The notes beneath the pieces are model-generated. The model saw only the letters and a program-made list of their open reading frames with translations, made no database searches and had not been told where the DNA came from. Shown one piece after another: positions 50,231-62,792 of a DNA stretch of 64,000 bases (position 1 is its first letter; each line of letters starts with the position of its first letter). The DNA lies in contig NC_058383.1 of assembly GCF_018350175.1 (NCBI RefSeq), positions 3,162,001 to 3,226,000 on the forward strand. The letters run 5' to 3'. This DNA comes from Felis catus. Taxonomy: Eukaryota. A program made the translations under genes and the position numbers.

Positions 50231-52006
50231 TGTGTGTGCACATCTTTCAAAAACCACGAGTTCATGCAGGCATCTCTGATTGTAACGGAGGACCACGGGT
50301 TCACTCCGTTTTCCTCTGTTCCATTTGTCTTTTCTTTCTCTGACAGCAAGAAGTCTACGATTCACTCACTCAGCCCTGTCATCCATGTATACTGCTTCAG
50401 AATCGCTAACTCACACCCCTGTGAGAAACAAAGGCACCACCTAAGCCGCGTCTGTAGGGAGCCCCTTTCTGGGCCAGCCTTCCGGGGACCAGACCCTGTT
50501 TTGCAAAGCTGTCCCGGCAGCCCCGTCCCCATCCGCGAGGCCCTGTGGCCCAGGTGCATTTCATTCGGTGGCCACTCCCCAATCACAGCCTGTGTCCCTC
50601 CTGCCTCTCACCCCCCCCCCACCCCCCGCCCCGGTCCGGACTCACTTTTCTTTGTCAGCAGCGAAGTTCTTTCTGTGGCGAGCCTTTCTTGATTTTGTTG
50701 TTGCTCGTTTGTTTGTTTTCATTCCGATCAGTTAACGTAGAGTGTTATGCTGGCTCCAGGTGGACAGGACAGTGATTCGAGGCTTCCACACCTCGCGCGC
50801 TGCTCATCACCAGTGTGTGCCTTCCTCCCACCCCCCCACCACCTCCCCTCCATGGGGAGCCTTTCCATGAGACTCACAGAAGCTTAGAGTTGTGTGGCCA
50901 CCACCACCGCCAGACCAGTTGCATCGCCCTCGAAACCCCATGTGTCTTCCCTGTAAGCCAGTCCTTCCCTCCAGCCCCCGGCAAACCACTGCTCTGCTCC
51001 TGACCACACGGTATTGCCTTTCTCGTGTGTGTCATCTAAATGGCATCTTCGAGTCTTTTGTGTGGCAAAGTGCACTTAAAATTGATTCACGCCCTCGTGT
51101 GAATCAACAGTTCATCCCTTTTAGTGCTGAGTAGTAGTGCGTTGTCTCGATGTATCGCGATACGCTCCTATATTCATCTGGATGAATGTTTGAGTTTGGG
51201 GGGTGATGATAAATAAAGCCGCTACAAACACTTGCCTCCATAATCTTTTGTAAACTTACATTTTTAGTTCACTTGGGCTGATACACAGGAGTGGGTCACG
51301 TGTTACACATTTCATTTTAATGTAAGCATTTGCAGAACTTTTGTTTATCTAGAATGTAAACATCATCTAGAATATATACATAGTCTATATGTAGATAATG
51401 TAGACAATAAATCTAGAATATAAACATATAAAAATATAAAAAGGAATAGCACCTTTCCTCCCTGGGCATTTTGATTGCCAAATTGCATATGGCTTTTTCA
51501 GGCTGACAGATTTTTTTTTTGTCTGTAATTTCTTTGAAAAAGCCCAGTAGTTATTGTATTCATCAAGCACAGTTTTCTTTTGATCCTTGATCCATACTTG
51601 GTGATCAATTTAGTTATTTGGTGGAAGCTCGTCTAAATGAACGAATTCTTGGACCATTGCACCCTTTCTTGCCTTAAAAAACTAGGTGTAATCATTGTAC
51701 AGGGATGATGGGGGTGGGGAGAAGAGAGAGAGAGAGGGAGACACACCCAAAGGCAGACAACATCTAGAATGTTGGGGAGGGATGGAGAGGACATAGGAAT
51801 GACTCAGGAGTTTTGACACAAACTTGATTACGGTGGGATGTAGCCTGGCAGCAGTTGCGAAGTCACTCGTGGCGGCGGGAACGGTCACATTATGAGATCA
51901 CGTGGCACTGCAACACTGAGGTTGAATTCTCTGAAAATTGAAAACAAAATCAGAAGAGTAATGTCTAAAGACAAATGTGAAGTTTTTGTATTTGCTTTAA
52001 GTTTTG

Positions 52007-52470
52007 AGTAGTAGAATGTGGAGCTTTTCACTTTCAGCTCAGGGGTTTAAATCCAGCCCGAGGCAGGAATAAGCAAATACTGTTTTCATATGACAGTAAT
52101 TTTTTTTTAAATTGTGTATTGTTTATTTATATTTGATAGAGAGCATGAGAGGGGGAGGGGCAGACAGAGAGGGAGACACAGAATCCGAAGGAGGCTCCGA
52201 GCTGTCAGCACAGAGCCCGACGTGGGGCTCGAACCCACGAACCACAAGATCACCACCTGAGCGGAAGTCGGATGCCTAACCGACTGAGCGACCCAGGTGC
52301 CCCTCACATGACAGACAGTTCTTTAGCTGCTCTTTGAAATGCTTTTTTTGTGGCCAACTACAGTCACAAAATATCAGTAGTGACTGTGTGCCTGAGTAGG
52401 TCTTTGTGGGGTTGTGTTGTTTTCGACCACAACTTGGCCACAGACTGTTTAAAGAGATTGAAAGTGTTTC
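52007..52470 (+). mobile_element. Ancient tRNA-headed SINE relic, LF-SINE-like, split by a cat SINE
   Basis: 52007-52096 aligns without gaps to the LF-SINE 5' consensus as I recall it (about 57/90, mostly transitions; 'ggagcttttcac...ggtttaaatccagccc'); weaker similarity resumes after the SINE. Confidence 0.6.
52099..52303 (-). mobile_element. CAN-SINE
   Basis: Ends 'ctgagcgacccaggtgcccc'; TSD TCA(T/C)ATGACAG. Confidence 0.93.
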
Positions 52471-52564
52471 TACACGAAATGAGCTGGGAGTGAATACATG
52501 CTGGCCTCCTAATTCTGTTTCGGGGAAGATGTCTCTGCTGTTAAGATCTAGATGTTTCTAAAAC

Positions 52565-53075
52565 AGTCCGTTATCCCTCTCAGGTTGGTGTTTGGTGGAG
52601 GTAGTACTGCCTCCCGTTGGGTGTTTGTGGGGACATTTCTGGTTGTCCCAGTGATGGCAGTCATCGAGAGGACAGGAGCCAGGCTAGAATACCTGCAGGG
52701 CCCAGGATGGGCCTCCGTGACAAAGACATTTCTGTGTCCTCACGTCTTTCACGTGTCCCTTTGGATGTTTACACAGGTTAAACACACACACACACACACA
52801 CACACACCCTGTTGATCACAGAGCCTACTCTCCCATTTTTTAAATAAAAAGTAGCACTTTTGCAGTGTCTTAACATGGACTGAAATTCTCCACGAATGCA
52901 ATTACTGAGTAAATACAGGGAAAATTGTACTTTGTTTTGTTGGGAACTGTACCAGGAGCCACTCACCATTTCCGCAAGGCCCTGTAGAGTCTGAGCTGCC
53001 AGCAAAACACACCTGTGCCCACCTTCGTTCCCGGCTGTGGCGTGCAACCGTGTGACGGGGCGTCTGAGTTCCGTG
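52565..53075 (+). mobile_element. MER20B (hAT-Charlie), left part; contains (CA)n at ~52783-52806
   Basis: 'ggggacatttctggttgtcccagtgatgg', 'gaatgcaattactgagtaaatacagggaaaattgtactttgttttgttgggaactgtacca'. Confidence 0.75.
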
Positions 53076-54224
53076 GCAATAGACTTCAAACCAAATGCTT
53101 TTTACTTAGTAGAGGAACGTGAAGTGTGAGGATGATCACATTTTAAAGGTTTTTTTTTTTTTTAAATCCCTGTACTAACAGAAGTTGTGAAGATGTTATT
53201 GTCATCCTCTGTATTTTGTTCATTTTTGCAATATGATCCTATGAAATAGGTTAGAGAATCACATAATTGGACGGTTGATTTCGGGGGTTGCCTCCTGTTT
53301 TTTTCCATCTCCCCCCGGGGTTGCTTGCCCCCAGTAGTCCACAGTGTCATTCCGTCCATTGTGTCACAGCCCCTCAGTTCTTGTCCTGTTAGTATCGGAG
53401 GCCCGATCGGAGCTGTTGGTTGGCACATGATGGGGATTCAAGACGTGAGGTATATTTTCTGAGATACTATGTCGGTACCCCATCCTGCGTGAGCACGGCA
53501 GATTGTTTTAACACTGCGTTTAAAAGTAATCCTCCTTATCCATATTCCTTTTCTTCACTTTAATAATGTGTAATGTGTCTAGGAGCTTTATTTCAATAAA
53601 TATTATTTCCTCTTTCTCTCATCATTTACAGATAAGCTTAGTCCATTATTACTTACCTTAACCTTCGTATTTTTAATTGTCTAATAGTTAAAATTTTTTC
53701 TTGAGAAATAACTTACATATAATAAAGTACACAGATCTTAAGTATACACCTTGATGAATTTTTTTCAGCATTATATTATGAACATTTTCAAACATAGAAA
53801 TGATTATAAAGTAAACACCCTTACACCCACTGCCGAGATTCCACAATTAATATTTTGCTATATTTGCTTCATCGCGCGTCCACCCGTGCACTCTTCTATT
53901 TTTCCACCAGTCCGTCAGGGTAAGTTGTAGACATTAGTACACTCTACCCCTAAACACTTCACCACACATACTGTTAACTAGTGTTCAACATTTGTTTATC
54001 TTTTTTAAGGTAAGTTTTGCATGCAGTGAAATGCATAAAATGTAAGTGTACCATTCGAGTCACTTTTACAACTGCATACTTCCGTGTACAGCAGGCCCCG
54101 ACTCTATGGAAAATCACTATCGCCCTGATCACTTCCCTGATGCCCCTTTCCGGCCAAACTGTCCTGAGCCCCAGAGAATACCACTTTTCTGGATATTTGT
54201 TGTCATTGCTTAGCTTAGCTCTGA

Positions 54225-54992
54225 TCTGGGACGCGTGGGTGACCGTCAAACCCTCAAAGGAGGACCGTGGGGTCCACGTGAGTTTTGTCGCATTTAGATG
54301 TTAGTTGCCCTTTTCCGTCTCATTCTCTGATGACTGGCCAGTGGGGTTTCCCAGTTCCACAGTAATGTTTTGTGTGGTTGTGCCCTTGCTGGCGGGCTCT
54401 ATATTTCAGTGAGGATGATGAGCTAAGGGAGGAATCAATACTTAAAACATGATCTAAGGCACTATCTTCAATGCTCCTGAACAAAATACCCGCCCCCTTT
54501 TTATACCAAATATTTAATCATGCTTCCTCACTCTCCTGCAATGAAATTCATAGATTAAAAAAAAAAAGCCACACATACAATTTCAAAAAATCAATATAAT
54601 GTGGCAGCCTTGATAGTATGGAGAAATAAAAGAAAGCAATTCATAATGAATATGTATTTTAATATGTAAATTGAATGCAGAAGCAGATATGAGAATCCAG
54701 CTGTCTTCTATTAAGCCAGACATTAAAGAGATTTTCAAAAATGTAAAACACGACCATTCTCTTAACTGTTTGTTTTAGAAAATATAATTATCTTTCATAA
54801 AATATATGTTAATACGTAAGGTTTGTTATTACCATCTTTAATGAATTAAATATTTGTAAGTGTCTCAGTTTAAAATTTAATATGATAAATAGAAATAGGT
54901 ATCAACATAAGTCAGAGCTTTTGGGGGTTCTCAGAATTACAGTTTTAGGACTGTATGACAACACTTAGCCCCCAAAAAATTGACAGTCGTTG
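54225..54992 (+). mobile_element. Charlie1a/b-like hAT element (left piece ~54225-54400, right piece 54670-54992)
   Basis: 'attgaatgcagaagcagatatgagaatccagctgtcttctattaagccagacattaaagagatt' is a close Charlie1 match; left piece 'gttagttgcccttttccgtctcattctctgatgac'. Confidence 0.75.
54460..54671 (-). mobile_element. MER20B terminal fragment, inverted
   Basis: Reverse-complement similarity to 55575-55771 ('aatgaaattcatagat', 'cacatacaatttcaaaaaatcaatat'). Confidence 0.7.
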
Positions 54993-55574
54993 CTTTAGTC
55001 CATACTAGAACTTCATACAAATGGAATCCTACAGAATGTTGATGCTTTGTATATGGGTAAGGTTTATTTTACTAGACATAATGGTTTTGAGATTCAGCCA
55101 TGTCATTTGGTATACCAGTAGTTCGTTCCTTTTTTATTGGTAAATAATATTCCATTGTGTGAATGTACCATACCCAATGAATTTTCAAATATTAATACAT
55201 CCATGAAAGCCCCATCTCGGTGGGAATGTAAAATGTTTCCATGACGAACTACCCCCCAAAGGTAACTATTATTCTGACATCTAGGAATCCCATGTGAATG
55301 GAACATAATGAATTCTGTCTGTTATGTCTGTCTCCTTAGCACAGCCCTTGCTTGGGAGCTTCTGCTGCGTTGATGTGTGTGTACTCTCCTTACTTTTAAC
55401 GCTGGGTCTTGCTCTGGTGTCCACCTGTATATACCTCTACTCTCTTGTCCTCCTGTGCCGTCTTACTGAATGGTTTTTTAAACATATATTTCTACACACA
55501 GACATATTCATCCAAAAAGGTACAGGCATCCAGTGCCTCCAGTGTCATCAGGCTTACACATTTACAGATTAAAA

Positions 55575-55771
55575 TGCATGGTCAATGTACATTGTTTCCC
55601 CTTTTCCACCCTTTCTATTGCGGTTGGGGCATAATATTGATTTCTTGAAATTATATGTGAAGGCTGGTTGCTTTATCTATGAATTTCATTTCAGAAGAGT
55701 AAAGTTGGCGTTGTTAAATATTTGTTTTTAAAAGGGGGCAGACATTGGGTCCAACAGGATTGAGAATACTT
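55575..55771 (+). mobile_element. MER20B right end
   Basis: 'tatctatgaatttcatttcag...aaatatttgtttttaaaagggggc...ttgggtccaacaggattgagaa'. Confidence 0.75.
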
Positions 55772-56334
55772 CTTGGATCACATTTTAAATTATTTATTTC
55801 CTTCTCAGTTCATCATCCTCACTGAAAGACAAAACCTAGTAGCAATAAGATCACAGTGCAAAAAATTAATCATTTGCTTCATAAGAACTTGTTTTTAATA
55901 AGTTCATCATTTATTTGAAAATGGCTGTTTTCCAAGAGGTGACATTTCTGGCCAGTTGGGCAAGATTTGCTGTGATGGATAGAAATGTCGTGTTTGAGGA
56001 TTGGCATTTCTTCGAATTATGTGCAAAATTCTAATATTAATTTATAGAGGGCATTATTCTTGTATATGATTATAATATTTATCTCCTTGGTATCTGATTT
56101 GCATTGGTTAATGTAAAATAGGAAAACTAGTTATCCATTTTTTCTCAGTCTGAACATTTTCTAAATTCATGCCTTAGGAAGTTCTTTTATTCCAAGAAAA
56201 TGATCCAGCCACCATGAATTGCAAAGTGTGTTATCTTATTTTTTACCTTGGGAAATAAGAAGAATGGTAGCTACAAGTGAGGTCTCTGAAGCCACAGTAG
56301 GTTGATTTGTATGCTGGCTCTAGCAGACAAGGCA

Positions 56335-56475
56335 TGTCTGTGCCTCAGTTTCCTTATCTGTTAAGTGAGAGTAATTGTACCTACTTCATAGAGTTGTCAT
56401 TATTAAATGGAATAATATAACATGAAACACTTAGAATAGTGCCTGACTTTTACTAAAGGATCAATAAAAAGTAGG
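56335..56475 (+). mobile_element. MIR
   Basis: 'tctgtgcctcagtttccttatctgttaagtgagagtaattgtacctacttcatagagttgt...acttagaatagtgcctgac'. Confidence 0.8.
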
Positions 56476-57257
56476 TTTTGGTTGTTATTAGTTTTTCTTA
56501 GAAATACTAGTTAATGGTGAAATTAGGAATTGTGTTGCTCTGATAAATTTTTTGGAATTAGTTTTCTTGGTAGACAACAAGTATATATTGAGCTATTATG
56601 TGAAGACACTGGGGAATTGAAGATATGAAGGGATGATGATTATTCCTTGGGGCAAGCTCAGGTAAATGCCTCTCCAATAATATACCCAAAGGTGGTTGTA
56701 TTTAAATGTCATCAAAGACAAGTGGCAGTATCAGGCAGAGTGTCTGGTCCCAGGGGTCCTGTTTGGCTTTGGAAATGAGGAGCCTATTAGTAGTCTTAGT
56801 AGGAAAAGCCAGAAGAATTGGGGTAGGGAGGAAGTAGAAATAGTATATCCACTTGGGGAAGTTTGGAAAGGAATGGAACAGCATCAAGGAGGCCCCTTGG
56901 TAAGGATGGGAGAGGAGAAGGCAGAGGCCATAGGGGTGGGGTGGCCATGGAGGTGCTATGGAGAAAAGATTGGAGAGGCCCGTGGGGGGTCAGGAGACCC
57001 ACTGAGGCTGGGAATCCCACTTATGCTCTGGGACTGGCATCAGGGAGTTGACCTGGGGGCTCAGTGAAGAAGGTTCGAAATTACTGCCGGGAAGAAGGAG
57101 AACACAGCAGCCCAGAAAGATGTTTTTTAAAAAGTGCAGGGCAGTGCCGAGAGCCTACTGGGACGAGACCCACAAGGGTGAGGGTATGGTCAGGTTTCCT
57201 CCTGTTAAATCCCCATTATTTTCATCGTAATTATTCATGTTAACACAAAATGAAATC

Positions 57258-57470
57258 CGTGATAGCTAACGCCTCCCGAATGCAGGCACCGTTCTTGGCT
57301 AACGATGTGAGCTCCCTTCACCGGCCAGCAGTCATAAGAGGCAGGCGCTCTCCTCCTCGTCACTTTACAGATGAGGAAATAGGGCAACTGAGGTGCCCAG
57401 GCACCAGGGTTAGGCGGAGGAGCTGGACTGGAACCAGGCAATCCGAGGCCTGACTCTGGGCTCTAAACTA
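57258..57470 (-). mobile_element. MIR (GC-shifted)
   Basis: 'cactttacagatgaggaaatagggc...tgcccaggcacca...gagctggactggaaccaggc'. Confidence 0.65.
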
Positions 57471-58744
57471 GGATGGGTTGCCTCACAAAACAATGCAAGA
57501 CAAAAAAACAACTTTGGAATTCTCCAGAAGGAAACAAACAGTCTAGGAAGACAAAGTGATGGTTTTCTTCCTTCAGGGTCATCATTGTCATGGGTTGGCT
57601 TCTTAGCAAAGCAAGGAGAGATAATTTCTGTGCACTTATCTGGGGCCAGTTACCTTTCTGAGTCATTTCCATGACTCTCCCCTCCAGGCCTCACAACACA
57701 GAAGGGTCAGTGTCAGTTGGCACTGCTGACTTCACCCTTGTTCACACAGATGGAAACCAGAAAGCACTCATCTGCCCAGGGATGCACAGCAAGTAGGAGG
57801 CAAAAGGCTGGTGCCGTCCCAGGCTCCTGACTGCCATGCTGGCACTCAATAATGTCCATCCATTCTCTGGGTTGTTAGTTCCCTTCTCTTTAAGGTGGCT
57901 GTGGCTGCAGGTGTAGCAACTATTTCTCCCCTATGGAAGTTTCAACAGACACTTGCTTTGAAGGACATGTGGCAGATCGGTGTACTGGACGTAAAGTAGA
58001 GGCGTAACGGCCCCCACATTCGAGGAGAACATTGTAATGGGCAGCGACAGCAGAGGTAACGTGCTGACAAAATATTTCATTATCATCTTGTCCCTTACAT
58101 TTGAAGGACATGAAATAAAAAATCCCTAACTTCGAAGACAGTATTGCATTAAATAAGCAAGTCTTTATTATTAAACTCTTCCGTACTTCTTGGCCTAGCG
58201 GCAGTCTCTGAGGCCATCTGACAATTTGATAAGATCACGTGGGCGTGGGTTCTGCATGCGGAATGTCTCGAGCTGCTTCTTGAAAACTCCAGTGCCGCCG
58301 AAGGTCTGCAGTGAAGTGTATGCATGTTCTCGCGTGCTGACGGGAAGTCTTTACACTCTGCCCCTGCAGAGCCTGGAGCCGCGGTGCACAGCTGTAGGCA
58401 TCCTGAAGACTAGAAATAGTCACCAGCGATCAAGTCTTCTGAACCTCCCGTGCCCGTCCCTCTGAGGCCTGCTCTCTCTCTTCCTCCACCCTCTCCCGTG
58501 ACAAGGTGTCCTTTGTCCGCTTTCCTCTTGCCCTTCCCTTCCATCCCGTTGGGTGCACCTGCTGTGGGAGCACAGCAGGGTGAAGCACTTCCCTGGGGAG
58601 CCAGAAGTCCCCAGGGGCTGTGTTCTGTCATGACCACAACTCGTCCCTGTGCTGAGCGATAGCTGTGAAATGGCTGCCGTAACCCTGCTTTCTGTCGGTG
58701 CCCTGTCTGTGGCTTCCACCGGCTTCTGAGCAGTACAGCTTTGA

Positions 58745-61700
58745 AAATGAAACGTTGGATTCTGAAACAATTGTTGAATCACATGCACGTGTAAGAAATA
58801 ATACAGAGATCCCATTGTCCCCTTTATCCCCTTTTGCACGGTGGTGATTTCTTGCAAATGTGTGCTACAGTATCACAACCCGAATAGGAACATTGGAGAA
58901 ATTGACCAATCTGGTTCAGATTTCCCCAGACTTACTTGTGCTCGTTGTGTGTGTATTTAGAGCTGTGTGATTTTGTCACATGTGTGGGTTCGTGTGTCTC
59001 TACCACAGTCAAGATTCAGAATAGTGCCAGACCACAAGGGACCCTCTTGCCCTTTTACAGTCACACCCACCCACACTGACTCCACCTCATCTCCTTTGTC
59101 CTCTGGCAACCACAGTCTGTGATTATGTCATTTCACGGTTGTAGAAATGGCATCCTGTGGCATGCCTGTAACCTTTTGATAATGGTTTTGAGATTGGACC
59201 TCAGCATAAGTCCCTTGATGTCCATCATGTTGTTTTGCGTATCAGTGGTTTATTCATCTTTGTTGCTAAGTAGCATTCCATGGTGTGAACGTAGCACAGT
59301 GTTGTTAATCATTAAGCCATTGATGGACGCCTGGTTTAGTCACAGTTTTTGGCTATTATGAATACAGTTGCTGTGCACATTTGTGTATGAGTTCTATGTG
59401 AACATAAGCTTTCATTTCCTAGAGATAAATATCCAAGAGGTTATCGTGTCGTCACCGTATGTTTAGTTGTATAAGAAGTTGCCAAACTGCATTCCAGAAT
59501 GCCTGTGTGTACCATTGTACACCCCACCAGCAACGTTGGAGCGGTCTGGTTTCCCGGTGTCCCTGCCAGCACTTGGTCTTGTCACTGTATTTTAGCCATC
59601 CTGATAGGTGAGCAGTGCTGTCTCATTGTGGTTTTAGTTTGCATTTGCCTAATGGCTAATAATGTGAATATGTTTGCTATCCACATACTCCATTTATGTC
59701 TTCATATTATTTCCCCATTTTCAAATTGACTTTTTTTGGCATTGAGTTTTAAGAGTTCTTTATATATTCTAGATACTAGTCCTTTGTTGGATGTGTAGGT
59801 TGCAGATATTTTCTCCCGGTCTGTATCTTCTCTTCTCATCCACCTAACATACTCTTTGGCAGAGCAAAGATTTTAAATTTCGATGAGGTCTCATTTATTG
59901 TGTTTTTTTTTCTTTTTTGGATCACGCTAATGGAGTCAAGTCTAAGAACTCTTCACCAAGTCCTAAGCCCCAAAGAATTTTTCCTATGTATTCTTCTAAA
60001 AGTGTCGTAGTTTTACATTTACATTTATAATCGATTTGAGTTAATTTTATATAGACGTGAAGGTTAGGTTGAGGTTAATTTTCTTTTTCCCCATGAATGT
60101 CCAATTGTTCAAAACACTATCCTTCCTCTATGAAATTATTCTTGTGCCTTTGTCAAAAGTTAATTCTTCATATGTCTGGTTTTCTGGGTTGTCTTTTCTG
60201 TTTTACTCATCTGTGTGTCTGTCTATCTGCCACTGCCATATTGTTTGATTATGGTAGCTTTGTATCAAGTCTTAACATAGGGTAGACTGATTCCTTTTAT
60301 TTTAATATCCTTTTTCAAAACTGTTGTAGCTATTCTAGTCTCGTGCCTTTTGGCTTTCCATATAAGTTTTAGAATGGTCTGTGTAGATCTACAGGATTTT
60401 TGCTGGGATTTTGACTGGAGTTGCACTAACCCTACAGACCTATTTAGAGATAACCAACATCTTTACCATGAGGCATCTTCCATTCAATGAACAGTGTGTC
60501 TCCCCATCTCTTTAATTCTCTGATTTCTTTCATCAACATTTTGTAATTTTTAGTGTACAGAGTGTGTACTCTTTTAAGTTTATAGTTGAGTTTTTCATTT
60601 TGTTTGGAGTGAGTGTAAATCGTATTGTGTCGTTAATTGTAATTTCAACATGTTTATTGTTGATGTATGGAAATGTGGTTGATTTTTGTGTTTGTCTTGT
60701 ATCCTGTGACTGTGCTCAACTAAGGCATTTGTTCCAGGAGGTTTTTCTTCGTAGATTCCTTGGAATCTTCTACATACATAATCATATCATCTGTAATGGA
60801 GATGATTTCACTTTTCCCTTTGCAATCTGCATGCCTCTTACTCCACCTTCTTTCCTTGCCATTGTGGTTAGAACTTCCACTACTGCACAGGATAACGGTG
60901 GTCAGAGCAGACATCCTTGCCTTACTCTCAAACTTAAGGCTAAACATTGTCTTTCACCCTTAAGTATCAAGTTCAGTGTAGGTTTGTGGTAGATATTTTT
61001 TATTAAGTGGAGATAATTCCACTGTATACTCACTGTGAATTTTTATTGGGAATATTGGATTTTGTCAAATGGTTTTTCTGTATCAATAGATATTGTGTGA
61101 TTTTTCTTTTTTAGCCTGTCTTTAGGATGGATTACATGAATTGATTTCCAGATGTTGAACCAGCTTTGCACACCCAGTATAAATCCTACATGGTCATAAG
61201 TATGTAATTCTTTTTATACACTCTTGGATTCAGTTCACTAATATTTTCTGGAGGATTTGTACATCAGAGTTATTGACAGATATTTATCTGTAGTTTTCCT
61301 TTTTGTGCCATTGTTGGTTTTGGTATCAGGGTAATACTGGCCTCATAAGATTAGTTTGGTGTGTTCTTTTCTATCTTCTTGATGAGATTATATAAAGTTG
61401 GTGTTAATTTATATTTCAGTGTTTGGTAAAATTCTCCAGTGAAACCATTTGGGTTGGGAACTTTGTTTTTGGGAGTGTCAAGTTTTGTTGTGGTTTTACA
61501 AATTTAATTTCTTTAATGGCGTAGGACTATTCAGGTTGTCTGTTTCATCTGGGCTGAACTTGGATAGTTTGTGATCAAAGAATTGGGCCATTTCATTTGC
61601 ACTGTCAAATTTACAACAATGATAATTTAGTTTTCAGAGCCCTTGTGATGCTATTTCAGTCTGCTGGGTTTGTCTGGTGCCTCCAGGTTTCCCACTAGTT

Positions 61701-62295
61701 TTCTGCTGCCGTCTGATGTGACAGAAAGAGTTCCAGGCTGGGCTGCCTGGTGCCTCCTGTCTGATGGGACAGAAAGAGTTCTGGGCAGGGCTGCCTGGTG
61801 CCTCTGGGTTGGGAGAGTATGTTCAGGCTTGAGGGAAAAGACAGAGCTTCTGATACCAGGCTCTTGTTTTGGTTGGGTTCCTTTGCCTGTGGGGGGTGGG
61901 AAGCACTTCCCAGGCTCAGGACACCTGGCTATGTGGGGAGGTCTCACCTGTGAGAACCCCCTGGGTCCTTGTGGAGAGAGTCCCCTTGTCTAGGCTACCA
62001 GCCACATGCTATGTCTTGGTGAGGAAAGGGATCTTAGGCCTGCTAAGGAAGAAAAGCCCTTCTTTGGGCTGCTTATTCTCAGTGGGCTCCTGACTGATAG
62101 ACCCCTTGCCTGTTTATAGGAGCTGCTGGGCTCACCTTTTGTTGTTGAGAGGACCTCTGTTTGTTTCATGTGAGGGAGGAGCCTGCCTTGACTCCCTTCT
62201 CTGCCATGTTGGGGGCTGGGGAACACCGGGGGGGTCACTTTCTTTTGTTGGCTGGGCAGGTGATAAATGCCCCATGTGATCTTTCGCTGACCAGT
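58745..62295 (-). mobile_element. L1MC-like element: 3' end and ORF2 to ~61620, then a probable L1 5'-region segment
   Basis: L1MC terminus 'tcacatgcacgtgtaagaaataatacagagatccc'; ORF 60720..60947 resembles L1 RT ('ITDDMIMYVEDSKESTKK'). Confidence 0.82.
61711..61806. repeat. Two-copy 48-bp tandem repeat
   Basis: GTCTGATG(T/G)GACAGAAAGAGTTC..GGC.GGGCTGCCTGGTGCCTC at 61711 and 61759. Confidence 0.9.
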
Positions 62296-62314
62296 TTGCC
62301 TCCCTGTTCACTGT

Positions 62315-62792
62315 TAGCATTTCTTATTGCTCATGCGTGTCTGGGTCACCTGTGTGCATTTTCTGGTTTGGGCCGGGTCAGCCCAAACGTGCTGACCGCG
62401 TGGTTGTGGTCAGCGGGAGGTCAGGCAGGTGGCTCTCCTGATCTAGACTGGCTTCCGCACACATGTGGGGATTGCCTGGCTGTGGGCCAATCAAGGGTGG
62501 GAGGTAGCAGCCCTCCTCCAAGCGTGGTCTCCAACCCCTCAGCAGACCAGCCGGAGCCCGTGTGCGTGGCGGTTACAGCATTGCAGGAGAGTGGACCTTG
62601 GCTCGGAACTGGCACACCACCCCTTCCCCTGCGTCGTGTCACCCGAGCCAGGTCACAGGACCAGCCCAGATCCAAAGAAGGGGAGGTAGGCCCCATCTTA
62701 CATTGGGAGGCACTTCAAAGTCATTGCAAAGACTGTAGAGACAGGGGAGGAGGAAGAATCAAGGCCATTCTTATTAATAATAAGTTTACCTC
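62315..62792 (-). mobile_element. MaLR solo LTR (MLT1, G/H-like)
   Basis: 'cttggctcggaactggcacacc...gccaggtcacaggaccagcccagatccaaagaaggggagg...tgggaggcacttcaaagtcattgcaaag'. Confidence 0.8.

Larger units (their letters stand above)
47755..51330 (-). mobile_element. Composite of old L1M (L1MC/MD/ME-type) 3' fragments, interrupted by MER21, a SINE and a carnivore L1 tail (~50690-50815)
   Basis: 'cataatcaagatacagaatg', 'ccacagaggtgaagtgccctttccatgacatc', 'agaagcaagtcactggtccagcccaccctc', 'gttaacgtagagtgttatgctggctccagg'. Confidence 0.75.
53690..55400 (-). mobile_element. Nested old L1ME/MD 3'-end fragments, interrupted by a Charlie1-type element
   Basis: 'ttgagaaataacttacatataataaagtacacagatcttaag', 'agaacttcatacaaatggaatcctacag', 'tattccattgtgtgaatgtacc'. 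Confidence 0.65.

Noticed and set aside
51346..51430. Thrice-repeated ATCTAGAAT(G/A)TA in an AT-rich patch
   Set aside because: Consistent with low-complexity slippage at the edge of an L1 relic; no evidence of function.
2062..52307. Recurring peptides such as MAQSVKRLTSAQVMIS... and MGQRETEHE... that look like a gene family
   Set aside because: These are translations of CAN-SINE copies on either strand.
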